From positions 800,001 through 864,000 of the forward strand of contig CAWJCS010000005.1 in assembly GCA_963841435.1 (NCBI GenBank): a stretch of DNA of 64,000 nt, given 5' to 3'. A program made the translations under genes and the position numbers. This document shows, one piece after another, positions 10,375-20,244 of this stretch. Origin of the DNA: an uncultured delta proteobacterium. Its GTDB lineage: Bacteria; Myxococcota_A; Polyangia; Polyangiales; Polyangiaceae. How positions within the stretch are numbered: the first letter of the stretch is position 1; each line of letters begins with the position of its first letter. The notes below the pieces were generated by a model. That model made no database searches, was not told the DNA's origin, and saw only the letters and a program-made list of their open reading frames with translations.

Positions 10375-13104
10375 ATGACGCGGAAGCTGGTGTATCGGTT
10401 CGAGGTCGGGAACGCCGAGGGGCGCAGCGAGTGGCGGGCGGTGCTCGGCGGAAAGGGCGCGAATCTCGCGGAGATGGCCAATCTCGGCATCCCCGTCCCG
10501 CCGGGGTTCACCATCACGACGGAGGTCTGCATCGACTACCTCAAGGTCGGCGACTTTCCCGAGGGCTTGATGGACGCGGTGCAGGAGAGCATGCGCTGGC
10601 TCGAGGAGCGCACGGGGCGAACGTTCGGCGGCGCGGACAATCCGCTGCTCGTGAGCGTGCGCTCGGGCGCCGCGAGCTCGATGCCCGGCATGATGGATAC
10701 CATCCTCGATCTCGGGCTCAACGATCAGACCGTGATCGGCCTCGCCAAGCACAGCCAGTCGGAGCGCTTTGCGTTCGACGCCTACCGGCGCCTGCTCGGC
10801 ATGTTCGGTGACGTCGTGCTCGGGCTCGACTCGCAGCTGTTCGAAGACGCCCTGCACGGCGCGCGGCGCGCGGTTGCCGAGAAAAATGGCCTCGTGCTCC
10901 CTCACGACGACGAGCTGCTCGCGCGCGTCGTGCCGGATTCGATGCTGGGCGTGGCGGAGCTCGAGACGCTGGTGCGCGATTGCCAGGCCATCATCCTCAA
11001 GCACGCGGGGCGGCCGTTCCCGAAAAGCCCCGAGGAGCAGCTCGAAGCCGCCGTGCGGGCCGTCTTTCGGAGCTGGGACAACCCGCGGGCGAAGCTCTAC
11101 CGCAAGATGCACGGCATCGCTGAGGACGCCGGCACCGCCGTCAACATCCAGGCGATGGTGTTCGGCAACCTCGGGGACACGAGCGCCACAGGTGTGGCGT
11201 TCACGCGCGATCCGAGCACGGGTGAGCGACGCTTCTTCGGCGAGTGGCTGCCGAACGCGCAGGGCGAGGATGTCGTGGCCGGCACGCGCACGCCGCGTCC
11301 GCTGCAGCCGAATCCCCACACGCCCGGGCTCTCGCTCGCCGAGGCCATGCCCAAGCCCTTCGCCGAGCTGATGGAGCTGCAGGCCAAGCTCGAAAATCAC
11401 TTCCGCGACATGCAGGATATCGAGTTCACGATCGAAAACGGGCGCCTGTTCTTGCTCCAGACTCGCAACGGCAAGCGGTCGGCGCGTGCAGCGGTGCGTA
11501 TTGCCGTGGAGATGGTGGACGAGGGGCTCTTGCACCCGGACGAGGCGATCCTGCGCGTCGAGCCCGAGCGGCTGAGTGAGCTCCTCTTTCCGACCATCGA
11601 TCCGAAGGCCGACTCGAAGCCGCTCGCGCAGGGCATTGCCGCTTCGCCGGGCGCCGTCTGCGGCAAGGCGGTCTTCAACGCCGAGGACGCCGACGTTTAT
11701 GCCGAACGCGGCGAGGCCGTGATCCTCGTGCGCACGGAGACGTCGCCCGAGGATCTGCACGGCATGAAGGCGGCGAAGGGCATTCTGACGGCCCGCGGCG
11801 GGGCGACGAGCCATGCGGCGGTCGTCGCGCGCGGCATGGGCCGGCCCTGCGTCGCGGGCTGCTCGGCGCTGCACATCGACCATGCTGCCGGAACCGTCAA
11901 CGTGCACGCGAGCGACGGCACCGTCGTCGGCAGCTTCAAGCACGGCGACCTCGTCACGATCGACGGCTCGAGCGGCAACGTGTACCTCGGCGCCGTGCCC
12001 ACGGTGGAAGCGTCGCTCGACGAGGAGATGAAGACGCTGCTCAAGTGGACGGACCGCGTGAGCCGCATGCGCGTGCGCGCGAACGCCGACACGCCCGGCC
12101 AAGCCGAGCAGGCGCTCGGCTTCGGCGCCCAGGGCATCGGGCTCTGCCGCACCGAGCACATGTTCTTCAGCGACGAGCGCCTCATCGCCGTGCGTTCGAT
12201 GATCCTCGCGCGCGACGTGAGCGCGCGCGAAACCGCGCTCGCGAAGCTCCTGCCCTTCCAGACGGAGGATTTCGTGGGCCTGTTCCGCGTGATGCAGGGC
12301 AAGCCGGTCAACATCCGGCTGCTCGATCCGCCCCTTCACGAGTTCTTGCCCCGCGAGAAGCACCAGATCGCGGATCTTGCCGCGACCATGGGCGTCAGCA
12401 TCCTCGAGGTGGAGCGCAAGATTGCCTCGCTCGTCGAGTTCAACCCGATGCTCGGCCACCGCGGCGTGCGCATCGCCATCTCGTTCCCCGAAATCGCGGC
12501 CATGCAGGTGCGAGCCATCCTCACGGCCGCCTGCCGCGTCGAGAGCGAGGGCCTGCGCGTGCACCCGGAGATCATGGTGCCGCTCGCGTTCAGCGCCGGC
12601 GAGCTCAAGAAGATGCGCACGATCATCGATCGGGTCGCCGCGACCGTGTTCGAGGAGCAGGGACGCAAGATCGACTTCGAGGTCGGCACGATGATCGAGC
12701 TCCCGCGCGCCGCGCTGCTCGCCGACGAGCTCGCCGAAGAAGCCGAATTCTTCTCGTTCGGCACGAACGACCTCACCCAGACCACCCTCGGCATCTCGCG
12801 CGACGACGCGGGAAGCTTCCTCCCGGCGTACGTGGACCAGGGCATCCTGCCGGACGATCCGTTCGTCTCGCTCGACACGGCCGGCGTCGGCGAGCTCGTG
12901 CGCATCGCCGTCGAAAAGGGCAGAGTGGCGCGCCCCGACATCCACCTCGGCGTCTGCGGCGAGCACGGCGGCGATCCCAAATCGATCGACTTTTGCGAAC
13001 GCGTCGGCCTGAGCTACGTGTCGTGCTCGCCGTTCCGCGTGCCGGTGGCCCGCCTGGCGGCCGCGCAGGCGTCGCTCAGGCGCACGCGGCGCTACTGGCG
13101 GTGA
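10375..13104 (+). CDS. ppdK: pyruvate, phosphate dikinase
   Basis: LGGKGANLAEM, SVRSGAASSMPGMMDT, GGATSHAAVVARG, GIGLCRTEHMF, FSFGTNDLTQ, GVCGEHGGDP. Confidence 0.98.
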   Translation: MTRKLVYRFEVGNAEGRSEWRAVLGGKGANLAEMANLGIPVPPGFTITTEVCIDYLKVGDFPEGLMDAVQESMRWLEERTGRTFGGADNPLLVSVRSGAASSMPGMMDTILDLGLNDQTVIGLAKHSQSERFAFDAYRRLLGMFGDVVLGLDSQLFEDALHGARRAVAEKNGLVLPHDDELLARVVPDSMLGVAELETLVRDCQAIILKHAGRPFPKSPEEQLEAAVRAVFRSWDNPRAKLYRKMHGIAEDAGTAVNIQAMVFGNLGDTSATGVAFTRDPSTGERRFFGEWLPNAQGEDVVAGTRTPRPLQPNPHTPGLSLAEAMPKPFAELMELQAKLENHFRDMQDIEFTIENGRLFLLQTRNGKRSARAAVRIAVEMVDEGLLHPDEAILRVEPERLSELLFPTIDPKADSKPLAQGIAASPGAVCGKAVFNAEDADVYAERGEAVILVRTETSPEDLHGMKAAKGILTARGGATSHAAVVARGMGRPCVAGCSALHIDHAAGTVNVHASDGTVVGSFKHGDLVTIDGSSGNVYLGAVPTVEASLDEEMKTLLKWTDRVSRMRVRANADTPGQAEQALGFGAQGIGLCRTEHMFFSDERLIAVRSMILARDVSARETALAKLLPFQTEDFVGLFRVMQGKPVNIRLLDPPLHEFLPREKHQIADLAATMGVSILEVERKIASLVEFNPMLGHRGVRIAISFPEIAAMQVRAILTAACRVESEGLRVHPEIMVPLAFSAGELKKMRTIIDRVAATVFEEQGRKIDFEVGTMIELPRAALLADELAEEAEFFSFGTNDLTQTTLGISRDDAGSFLPAYVDQGILPDDPFVSLDTAGVGELVRIAVEKGRVARPDIHLGVCGEHGGDPKSIDFCERVGLSYVSCSPFRVPVARLAAAQASLRRTRRYWR

Positions 13105-13143
13105 GGTTTCAGGCGCGCGGCGACGCTGTCGCGCCGACCTGCC

Positions 13144-14268
13144 TCAATCGAGGCCGTGGTCCATGTTCATGCACTTGCGGACCTGCTCGAGCGTCGCGAT
13201 GCCTTCCTCCCGCGCTCGTTGCACTCCCCTTTTCAGCACGTCCTGCACGTAAGCCGGGTCTCCCGCGTAGCGCGCGCGGCGCTCTCGGATAGGCGCGAGG
13301 TGCGCGTTGAGCGCCTCGGTCAAAAGGGCCTTGAGCTTGCCACTGCCGCCGTCCCCGATGCGCTCGGCGATGGCCTCGGGCATGTCTCCGGTGCACAGGG
13401 CGGCGAGGCGCAGGAGGTTCGCGACCTCGGGTCGCTCGAGCGGATCATAGGTGATCTGCCGGTCCGCGTCGGTTTTCGCCCCTTTGATGGCTTTGGCGGT
13501 CTCCTCGGCGCTCATCTTCAGCATGATGGTGTTGCCGCGGCTCTTGCTCATCTTCTGGCCGTCGGTGCCGAGCACGACGGGCAAGTCACTGAGCAAGGCG
13601 TCCGGGATGGGAAAGACGGGCGCGGCCGGAGAGAAGCGCTCGTTGAAGCGCCGCGCGATCTTGCGGGTGAGCTCGAGGTGCGGGAGCTGATCGCGACCCA
13701 CGGGCACCACGTTGCCTTTGCAAAACAGGATGTCGGCGGCCTGGTGGATTGGGTACGTGTACATCAGCGCGTTCACTTGGCGAAGGCCGGCGGCCTTGAT
13801 CTCCTCCTTGACCGTCGGATTGCGGTCGAGCTCGGCGGTGGTCACGAGCGACATGAACGGAAGCAGCAACTGGTTGAGCTCGGGGACGTGGCTGTGGCTG
13901 AAGATGAACGTGCGCCCGTTCTCGGGGTCCAGGCCCGAAGCCAGGTAATCCAGGATCACCTCGTGCACGTTGGTGCCGACGGCGTCGGCCGTGTCTCGGT
14001 CGGTGAGCACCTGGTAGTCCGCAATGACGATGAACGTGGTCGCGCCCAGGCTCTGAATGCGCACGCGATTGGCCACGGTGCCGAACAAGTGGCCGATGTG
14101 CAGAGCTCCGGTCGGCCGCTCCCCCGTCAGAACCCGATACTTCAGCGGATTTTTTGGCAGGTCCGCCCACACGGCCTGACTGCGCCGGTGCGCTTCCTTG
14201 AACGTGGCTGACTCGAGCTCCACGTCTTCGGCTTTGACCTCGAACTTCTCTTCCATGGGGCTGTTCAC
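13144..14268 (-). CDS. trpS: tryptophanyl-tRNA synthetase
   Basis: TGERPTGALHIGH, YPIHQAADIL, VPVGRDQLPHLELTR, KMSKS. Confidence 0.96.
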   Translation of the reverse strand: MNSPMEEKFEVKAEDVELESATFKEAHRRSQAVWADLPKNPLKYRVLTGERPTGALHIGHLFGTVANRVRIQSLGATTFIVIADYQVLTDRDTADAVGTNVHEVILDYLASGLDPENGRTFIFSHSHVPELNQLLLPFMSLVTTAELDRNPTVKEEIKAAGLRQVNALMYTYPIHQAADILFCKGNVVPVGRDQLPHLELTRKIARRFNERFSPAAPVFPIPDALLSDLPVVLGTDGQKMSKSRGNTIMLKMSAEETAKAIKGAKTDADRQITYDPLERPEVANLLRLAALCTGDMPEAIAERIGDGGSGKLKALLTEALNAHLAPIRERRARYAGDPAYVQDVLKRGVQRAREEGIATLEQVRKCMNMDHGLD

Positions 14269-16152
14269 TCAAGGCGGTAGCGTTGCTGAGTAGTGCGCCA
14301 CGTTCTCCAGATCGATGATGTTGATGGGAGACACGATCTCCGGCTCGACGCGCTCGCTGCGATTGAGGCCGCGCACGACCGTGCGCATGAGGATGCGGCC
14401 CATCTCGCCCGGATTGGTGTTGAGCGTCGCGGTGAGCACGCCGTCCCGGATCGCCTGACGCGCGGCCTGCGTGCCGTCGAGGCCGACCACGAAAATTTCA
14501 CCTCGGCGCCGGGCGGCCGCCACGGCATCGCTCGCGCCGAGCGCCATTTCGTCGTTGATGGCGAAGATCGCGTCGAGCGGTCGTTCCTGGAGCGCGCGCT
14601 CGACGACGCGGCGCGCCTTGTCACGCTCCCAATCTGCCTGCCGCGTCGCCACGATGCGGAGCTTCGGAAACGCGGCGATCTGCTCGCGGAAGCCGGCAAT
14701 CCGTTCGAGGGACGCATTGTCGTTGTGGCCCTTGAGGACGAGCACCGAGCCGCGCCCCCTGAGCAGGCGCGTCAGGTAGCGACCCACCTCGCGCCCGGCC
14801 TCCCGCTGTTGGTAGCCGATGTACGAGACCACCTTGGCACCCTCGACCTTGTGCGGCACGTTGAAGAAGAAGACCGGGACATGCGCCCTGTTGAGCTGAC
14901 GCACGATGGGCAAGACGTCGTCGGACTGCGGGGCCAGGGCGACGGCGCTCACACCGCCGCGCACGAGCGAGCGGCAAATGCGCGCGAGACCGGCATGGTC
15001 CGACTCCTTGTCGGGAGCGCGGGTGATGAGCTCGATGCCGCCCAGCTGCTCGATGACATCGCGCACACCCGCGAGGATATCGACGTAGTAGGAGCTCGTG
15101 AAGGCGGGTGGGCAGTAGGCGAAACGGATCGAGCGGCGCGAGCGGATGAGCGAAACGCCGACACGGTTGCGGCCTTCCTCCTTGGCGAGGTAGAGCGCCT
15201 GGTCGGCCCGTTTGACGAGCTCGGACGTGCTCTTCGCGTTCGCCGGCAGCCCCGCGACGCCCACGGAAACCGTGAGCTGCACGGAGGCCGACTCCGTGGC
15301 ACCGCGGAACGGCAGCGCGGCGATGGTGCTCCGGATGCGCTCGGCGAGCGGCAAGCTGCGGTGCGGCGAGACCTGCGGAAGCACGAGCACGAGCTCTTCG
15401 CCGCCGTAGCGAGCCGCCAGATCGTAGGTCCGAACGCTGCGCTTGAGCACGCCGGCGATCTCCTTGAGCGCGAGATCGCCGTTCGGGTGACCGTAGGTGT
15501 CGTTGTATCGCTTGAAGTGATCGATATCGATCATCATCAGGCTCACCGGGTAACCGAGCCGCTGGGCGCGAGCGACCTCCCTGGCGAGCGCTTCCTGAAA
15601 GTAGCGGTGGTTGTGGAGACCGGTGAGCCCGTCGAAGTTCGCGAAATCGGAGTAGACGGAAATTTTGTCGAGCTGGTCGGTCTGCTCGAGGAGCAAGACG
15701 AGCGCGGTGCGCGCCTGCTCGATGTCCTGGATGGCGGCGGCGTCGAAGCCACGGCCGCGGCGGGCGAGCACGAGCACCCCGAGCGGCCTGCCGGCCTTGT
15801 ACAAAGGAAACACGAGCAGCTTGTCGAGCTTCATCGCCCGAAGCTCGTCGGGAAGGGCGATGTCGAAGTCCTGATTCAGGGAAGAGACCGTGAACGCCTT
15901 CGCCGTGCGCAGGCACGCCGCGCGGTAGGGCTCGAGCGCATCGAAGAAGCTCCCGGCGTCCGGCGCCGTCAGCCCCGGGTGCGCGAGCAACGTCGCGCCG
16001 CGCTCCTCGTCGGCGAAGCGCGCCAGCAGCGCGGCGCGCGAGCGCGTCCGCTTGCACGAGAGCTCGACGAGCTTTTTTAGCGCATCGCTCGGATTCGCGA
16101 TGGAAAGCGCGAGACGCTCGACTTCCGACTGCAGCTTCTGGGCCGCCCGCAC
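14269..16152 (-). CDS. diguanylate cyclase: GAF-like + GGDEF + C-terminal type I periplasmic-binding-protein (RbsB/LacI) sugar-binding domain
   Basis: DGLTGLHN, DIDHFKRYNDTYGHPNGD, RTYD I-site, RYGGEEL; then AIFAINDEMALGA, VVGLDGT, ADWERDKA. Confidence 0.9.
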   Translation of the reverse strand: MRAAQKLQSEVERLALSIANPSDALKKLVELSCKRTRSRAALLARFADEERGATLLAHPGLTAPDAGSFFDALEPYRAACLRTAKAFTVSSLNQDFDIALPDELRAMKLDKLLVFPLYKAGRPLGVLVLARRGRGFDAAAIQDIEQARTALVLLLEQTDQLDKISVYSDFANFDGLTGLHNHRYFQEALAREVARAQRLGYPVSLMMIDIDHFKRYNDTYGHPNGDLALKEIAGVLKRSVRTYDLAARYGGEELVLVLPQVSPHRSLPLAERIRSTIAALPFRGATESASVQLTVSVGVAGLPANAKSTSELVKRADQALYLAKEEGRNRVGVSLIRSRRSIRFAYCPPAFTSSYYVDILAGVRDVIEQLGGIELITRAPDKESDHAGLARICRSLVRGGVSAVALAPQSDDVLPIVRQLNRAHVPVFFFNVPHKVEGAKVVSYIGYQQREAGREVGRYLTRLLRGRGSVLVLKGHNDNASLERIAGFREQIAAFPKLRIVATRQADWERDKARRVVERALQERPLDAIFAINDEMALGASDAVAAARRRGEIFVVGLDGTQAARQAIRDGVLTATLNTNPGEMGRILMRTVVRGLNRSERVEPEIVSPINIIDLENVAHYSATLPP

Positions 16153-16265
16153 GTGAAATCTAAGTCACAAAACCCGGGACAACTCAAACGCCATCGGAGC
16201 CATCCCCCGCTTCCTCGCCGCGAAGAGCGGTGGAGGCTCGCGCCGGAAGCCGCATCGGATCTGAT

Positions 16266-17120
16266 TCACGCTGCTCGACCCAGGCGGAGCACCGCCGTGT
16301 AAGGGCGTTGGCCAGGGTTGCGCGGGTCTGCATCTGGCAACATCGCGAAAGGTCGCAAGAACCAAGGAACGCGCTTGAAGCGGGCTCCCTCTTTGAAGAG
16401 CGACCGAATATCGTGAATCGTCCAGCCTTGCTCTTCGAAAAAGGCGACGCCGTTTTCCGGCGCGAACTTCATCGGGGCGCTCGCCAACTGACGACCCGCG
16501 CCGCGCTGCATGCGAGTCAGGATCCCGGGGGAAGCCACCTCCGCGACCCACCAGCGCAACGTGTCACGAGCAAGCAGCTCCCGACTCAACGCTCGAACAA
16601 CGTCGGGGTCCAGGTAGATGAGCAGACCTTCGCTGATGACCAGGGCTCGCGCCGCGCTGCTCGACACCTCGTCGAACAACTGCCCACGCTTCGCCGCATC
16701 GGACAGGTCCATTTTTCGGACCTCGCGCTGGCACCTGGGCGATTGGCCCCGAACGACTCGCTCCTTGTGCTCGAGGATCTCGGGCAAGTCAACCTCGATC
16801 CAACGCAAGGATGAAGGCAGCTCCAACCGGAACGGCCGGGTATCCAGGCCTGCGGCCAGATTGACCACGCAGTCGCAGCCATCGGCGACGGATGCGTCGA
16901 TGTAGTCGTCCATGATCTTCGTCCGCGTGATGATGGGCCAGCCGTTGCCGAGCCCCCCGCGGCGTCTCATCATCTTCGCGATCTGCTCGCCCCTCTGGCC
17001 CGCCAAATCGGCGGCGAGAACATCGTGAAACAACGCATCCGGACGAGCGGACTCCCAAGCGCGGTACGCGGCGACCCAGTGGGCCGTATCGGAAACGTTA
17101 CGGATCGGCTCGTCGCTCAT
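16266..17120 (-). CDS. SAM-dependent methyltransferase (LCM/DUF142-like)
   Basis: VSDTAHWVAAYRAWES, VVNLAAGLDTRPFRL, WIEVDLP, ISEGLLIYL. Confidence 0.9.
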   Translation of the reverse strand: MSDEPIRNVSDTAHWVAAYRAWESARPDALFHDVLAADLAGQRGEQIAKMMRRRGGLGNGWPIITRTKIMDDYIDASVADGCDCVVNLAAGLDTRPFRLELPSSLRWIEVDLPEILEHKERVVRGQSPRCQREVRKMDLSDAAKRGQLFDEVSSSAARALVISEGLLIYLDPDVVRALSRELLARDTLRWWVAEVASPGILTRMQRGAGRQLASAPMKFAPENGVAFFEEQGWTIHDIRSLFKEGARFKRVPWFLRPFAMLPDADPRNPGQRPYTAVLRLGRAA

Positions 17121-17184
17121 GCGCTGCGCGTACTACCGCTGGGCTTGCCCGCCAAGCGGGAGGCAACCTTGTCGAGGGGCGCTT

Positions 17185-17206
17185 CATGTGTAAGCTTCTA
17201 CACATG
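17185..17206. promoter_or_regulatory. putative VapB operator overlapping the antitoxin start codon
   Basis: CATGTGTA-N6-TACACATG inverted repeat. Confidence 0.7.
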
Positions 17207-17404
17207 GCAACCAACCTCGCGATCGACGACAGGCTGCTGGAGGAGGCCCAAAAGGTCGGTGGGCACAGGACCAAGAAGGCCACCGTCACGGAAGCGTTGA
17301 CCGAGTACATCCAGCGTCGCCGGCAGCAGAAGATCCTCGGCATGTTCGGCAAGGTCACGGTTGATCCGACCTACGACTACAAGGCGCAACGGCGACGCAA
17401 GTGA
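17204..17404 (+). CDS. vapB: VapB family antitoxin
   Basis: MATNLAIDDRLLEEA...TKKATVTEALTEYI...YDYK; coupled to a PIN toxin. Confidence 0.9.
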   Translation: MATNLAIDDRLLEEAQKVGGHRTKKATVTEALTEYIQRRRQQKILGMFGKVTVDPTYDYKAQRRRK

Positions 17405-17820
17405 ACGTCATCGTCAACACGTCCGTTTGGTCGTTGGCACTACGTCGGGGCGCACCGCGGGGAACCGCCCCGGAACGCGAGCTGGTCGAGCTCGTCCGCG
17501 AGGGGCGCGTGCTCGTCGTGGGACCGGTCAGACAGGAGATCCTGTCGGGCGTTCGTGAGCCCGAACAGTTCAAAACGCTGCGAGATCGCCTGCGGGCCTT
17601 TCCCGACGTGGCGCTCGAGGCTCACGACTACGAAGAGGCTGCCGTCTGCTTCAACCGCTGTCGGTCGAAGGGAGTCCAGGGTTCGAACACGGACTTCCTG
17701 CTCTGCGCCGTGGCCCTGCGGCATGGCGCGGCGATCCTGACCACCGACAAGGATTTCGACCGCTTCGCCCGCATCCTCCGACTCGACCTGCACCAGCCAA
17801 GACCGGGGCTAAGCGCCTAG
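17401..17820 (+). CDS. vapC: VapC family PIN-domain toxin (first catalytic Asp replaced by Asn)
   Basis: IVNTSVWS, RQEILSG, TDFLLCA, ILTTDKDF. Confidence 0.9.
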   Translation: MNVIVNTSVWSLALRRGAPRGTAPERELVELVREGRVLVVGPVRQEILSGVREPEQFKTLRDRLRAFPDVALEAHDYEEAAVCFNRCRSKGVQGSNTDFLLCAVALRHGAAILTTDKDFDRFARILRLDLHQPRPGLSA

Positions 17821-18434
17821 TGCACCGCTGGGTTCTGCCAGCGCTCCTCGGGCTTGCCGGCTGTTCCGCGCCTGCGCCGCGTGAGCTCGATCCGGAGCGC
17901 GTGCTCGCCGACCAACCCCTGCAACGCCCAGACGGCACGCCGCTCGCCGCCTTCCCAACCAGCATCTTCGGGCTCGCGTTGGGTCGGAGCGAGTTTCAGC
18001 TGTCGGGCGACTGCGAGGCGGCCGGTGGGCGACTGCCGGCGAGTCTCGAGACAGCGTACGGACCTCCACCCGAGCCCTCGCCGTGGACTTGCCTCGACCT
18101 CCCCGCAAGCGGGCTCGGCTCCGGGCGATTTCGGCGCGCCGGCGCACGGTTCTGCGATCACCGTTCCTGCGAGCTGGTGTTCGCGGGCGTCCCCATGAGC
18201 TCGGCCATGGCGCTCGGCCCTCTCATCGCCAAATACGGGCCACCGATCGAACGCGACCCGCGCACGCCGTGCCCGCAGCAATACGGCTACGACATCGTGC
18301 ACGAGCAGTCGACCGTCGCGTGGACGTGGCGCGATGCCGGGAAGGTCCGCGCCACGATCGTGCTCACTGAGACGTGCGCGGAGGCGACGCTGACCTACAC
18401 GGAGGTCGCGCGCACTCATGCCACGCTGCGCTAG
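17820..18434 (+). CDS. hypothetical lipoprotein
   Basis: signal peptide with LAGC lipobox. Confidence 0.6.
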   Translation: MHRWVLPALLGLAGCSAPAPRELDPERVLADQPLQRPDGTPLAAFPTSIFGLALGRSEFQLSGDCEAAGGRLPASLETAYGPPPEPSPWTCLDLPASGLGSGRFRRAGARFCDHRSCELVFAGVPMSSAMALGPLIAKYGPPIERDPRTPCPQQYGYDIVHEQSTVAWTWRDAGKVRATIVLTETCAEATLTYTEVARTHATLR

Positions 18435-19438
18435 GGCGTCGCGGGCGGCATGGCGACGACGATCTTGCCCTTCGCGCGGCCTTGTTCCTGGTACGCCATC
18501 GCGTCGAGCGTCTGATCGAAAGGGAACGTGCGGTCGAGGACGGGACGCAGCGCGCCCGCATCGTAGAGAGCGGCCAACGACTTTAGCTGCTCGCCGTTCG
18601 CCTCCATGAAGAAGAACGAGTAGCAGACGCCGAGCTTTCTCGCCTGCGCCCGCACCTTGCGGCTCATCAGCCACATCACGGGCTTCAAAAGTGGTCGGCC
18701 GACCTGGACGGCGAACGCAGCGTCCGGCGGGCCCTCGACGCTGATCGCCAGGCGGCCAGGCCCGAGCACGGTCAGCGACTTCTCGAGGTTCTCGCCACCC
18801 AGGGAGTCGAGCACGAAATCGTAGCCGGAGAGGAGCTGGGCGAAGTCCGTTTTCGTGAAGTCGAAGACCTCACTGGCACCGAAATCACGCACCTTCTGCT
18901 CGTCGCTGCCGCGTGCGGTCGTGGCCACGTGGGCGCCCAGGTGCTTGGCGAGCTGGATGACCGTCGAGCCCAGTCCGCCAGCGCCAGCGTGAACGAGCAC
19001 CTTGTGCCCCGTCTCGACGCGCGCACGCTCGACCAGCACCTGCCACGCGGTCAGCGCCACGAGCGGAACCGCTGCAGCCTCTTCCATCGTGAGTGAGCTC
19101 GGTTTGAGGGCAACGTCCGCCTGGTCGATGGCAAGAAACTCTGCGAAGGCCCCAATGCGCAGATCGCGCGGTCGGGCGTACACTTCGTCGCCGACCTGGA
19201 AGTCCCGCACGCCGGCCCCGACCCGTGTCACGACGCCTGCAACATCGTGTCCGAGCACGAACGGCGTCTCGTACGGAACGACCAGCTTCAGGTCTCCGTT
19301 CCGTACCTTCCTGTCCAACGGGTTGACGCCGGCAGCACACACCCGAACCAGCACATCGAGCGGCCCGACCGTGGGCTCCGGCACCTCGGCAGCGCGGAGG
19401 CCGCTCGGGCCATACTTCTCGACGACGAATGCCTTCAT
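18431..19438 (-). CDS. NADP-dependent oxidoreductase (MDR/quinone reductase-like)
   Basis: GVNPLD, LGHDVAGVV, VLVHAGAGGLGS, GRAKGKIVV. Confidence 0.92.
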   Translation of the reverse strand: MKAFVVEKYGPSGLRAAEVPEPTVGPLDVLVRVCAAGVNPLDRKVRNGDLKLVVPYETPFVLGHDVAGVVTRVGAGVRDFQVGDEVYARPRDLRIGAFAEFLAIDQADVALKPSSLTMEEAAAVPLVALTAWQVLVERARVETGHKVLVHAGAGGLGSTVIQLAKHLGAHVATTARGSDEQKVRDFGASEVFDFTKTDFAQLLSGYDFVLDSLGGENLEKSLTVLGPGRLAISVEGPPDAAFAVQVGRPLLKPVMWLMSRKVRAQARKLGVCYSFFFMEANGEQLKSLAALYDAGALRPVLDRTFPFDQTLDAMAYQEQGRAKGKIVVAMPPATP

Positions 19439-19588
19439 CACGGGACCGGCCGTTCTACGATACCACCGCCGCGAGCACGCAAAGGCGCTCAGAGCTTCGA
19501 GAACGAGTTGCGTGCGCACAACCGACGTTGGTGTCGAGGTCGTGGCCTTCCAACGTGCAATCTCCCATCACACCGACTTCTTGCAGAT

Positions 19589-20134
19589 TCAGTCTTCGGC
19601 CCGTACGGGGACCGGACAGTCGCACTCCTTGCAATGGGAGGCGCCAAAGTTCACGTGCGCGCCGCACGCGGGGCACGCATCTGGCGAGCTCGCGGGGGAC
19701 GTAGCGGCGGACGGCCACCTTGACCGTTGCGGCGTCGGTCCGCCGCGCCCGACTATCGCGAGCGATACGACGAAGGTGACCAAAATGATCGGGAGCGCGT
19801 AGAGCGGGATGAAGAGCAGCGCGATGGGGTTCTGCGGATCGGCCGCGAGGTCAACGCCCGCATGAGCAACACCGACGAAGCCGAGACCAGCCACCGTGGG
19901 CAGCAGAATCGCCCGCGGCGAACGGGCCAGGAAGCTTAGCCCAAAGAGCGTTCCCCACGCGACGATGTTGAAGGACTGGATGAGCGCAAACCCACCGAGC
20001 CCCGCGGAGGTGTACGACCGCACCCAAGACATGCCGTGAACGAGCGTTCCCGGGATCCTCGCGACGTACGGCAAGAACAGGCCACCAACGGCAATGGCCA
20101 GGCGCATGCGAAGCATGGCTTCGGCATCCCGCAA
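19589..20134 (-). CDS. hypothetical membrane protein with C-terminal zinc ribbon
   Basis: about four TM segments, then CPACG...HCKEC. Confidence 0.6.
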   Translation of the reverse strand: MRDAEAMLRMRLAIAVGGLFLPYVARIPGTLVHGMSWVRSYTSAGLGGFALIQSFNIVAWGTLFGLSFLARSPRAILLPTVAGLGFVGVAHAGVDLAADPQNPIALLFIPLYALPIILVTFVVSLAIVGRGGPTPQRSRWPSAATSPASSPDACPACGAHVNFGASHCKECDCPVPVRAED

Positions 20135-20244
20135 GGTGCGCTGCTCGCGAAGATGGTCCGCGTGTCAACTCACTCGCTCGTCGCACGAACCTACAGGCGT
20201 TCGGCTAGGGACGCCAGAGAAGCGCCACGAGCGGTTCGCTTCGG

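Noticed and set aside
10144-12966. 940-aa minus-strand ORF and similar long antisense ORFs (3773-4816, 13156-14211, 14293-16080)
   Set aside because: These are shadow ORFs of well-supported genes, expected from high-GC codon bias.
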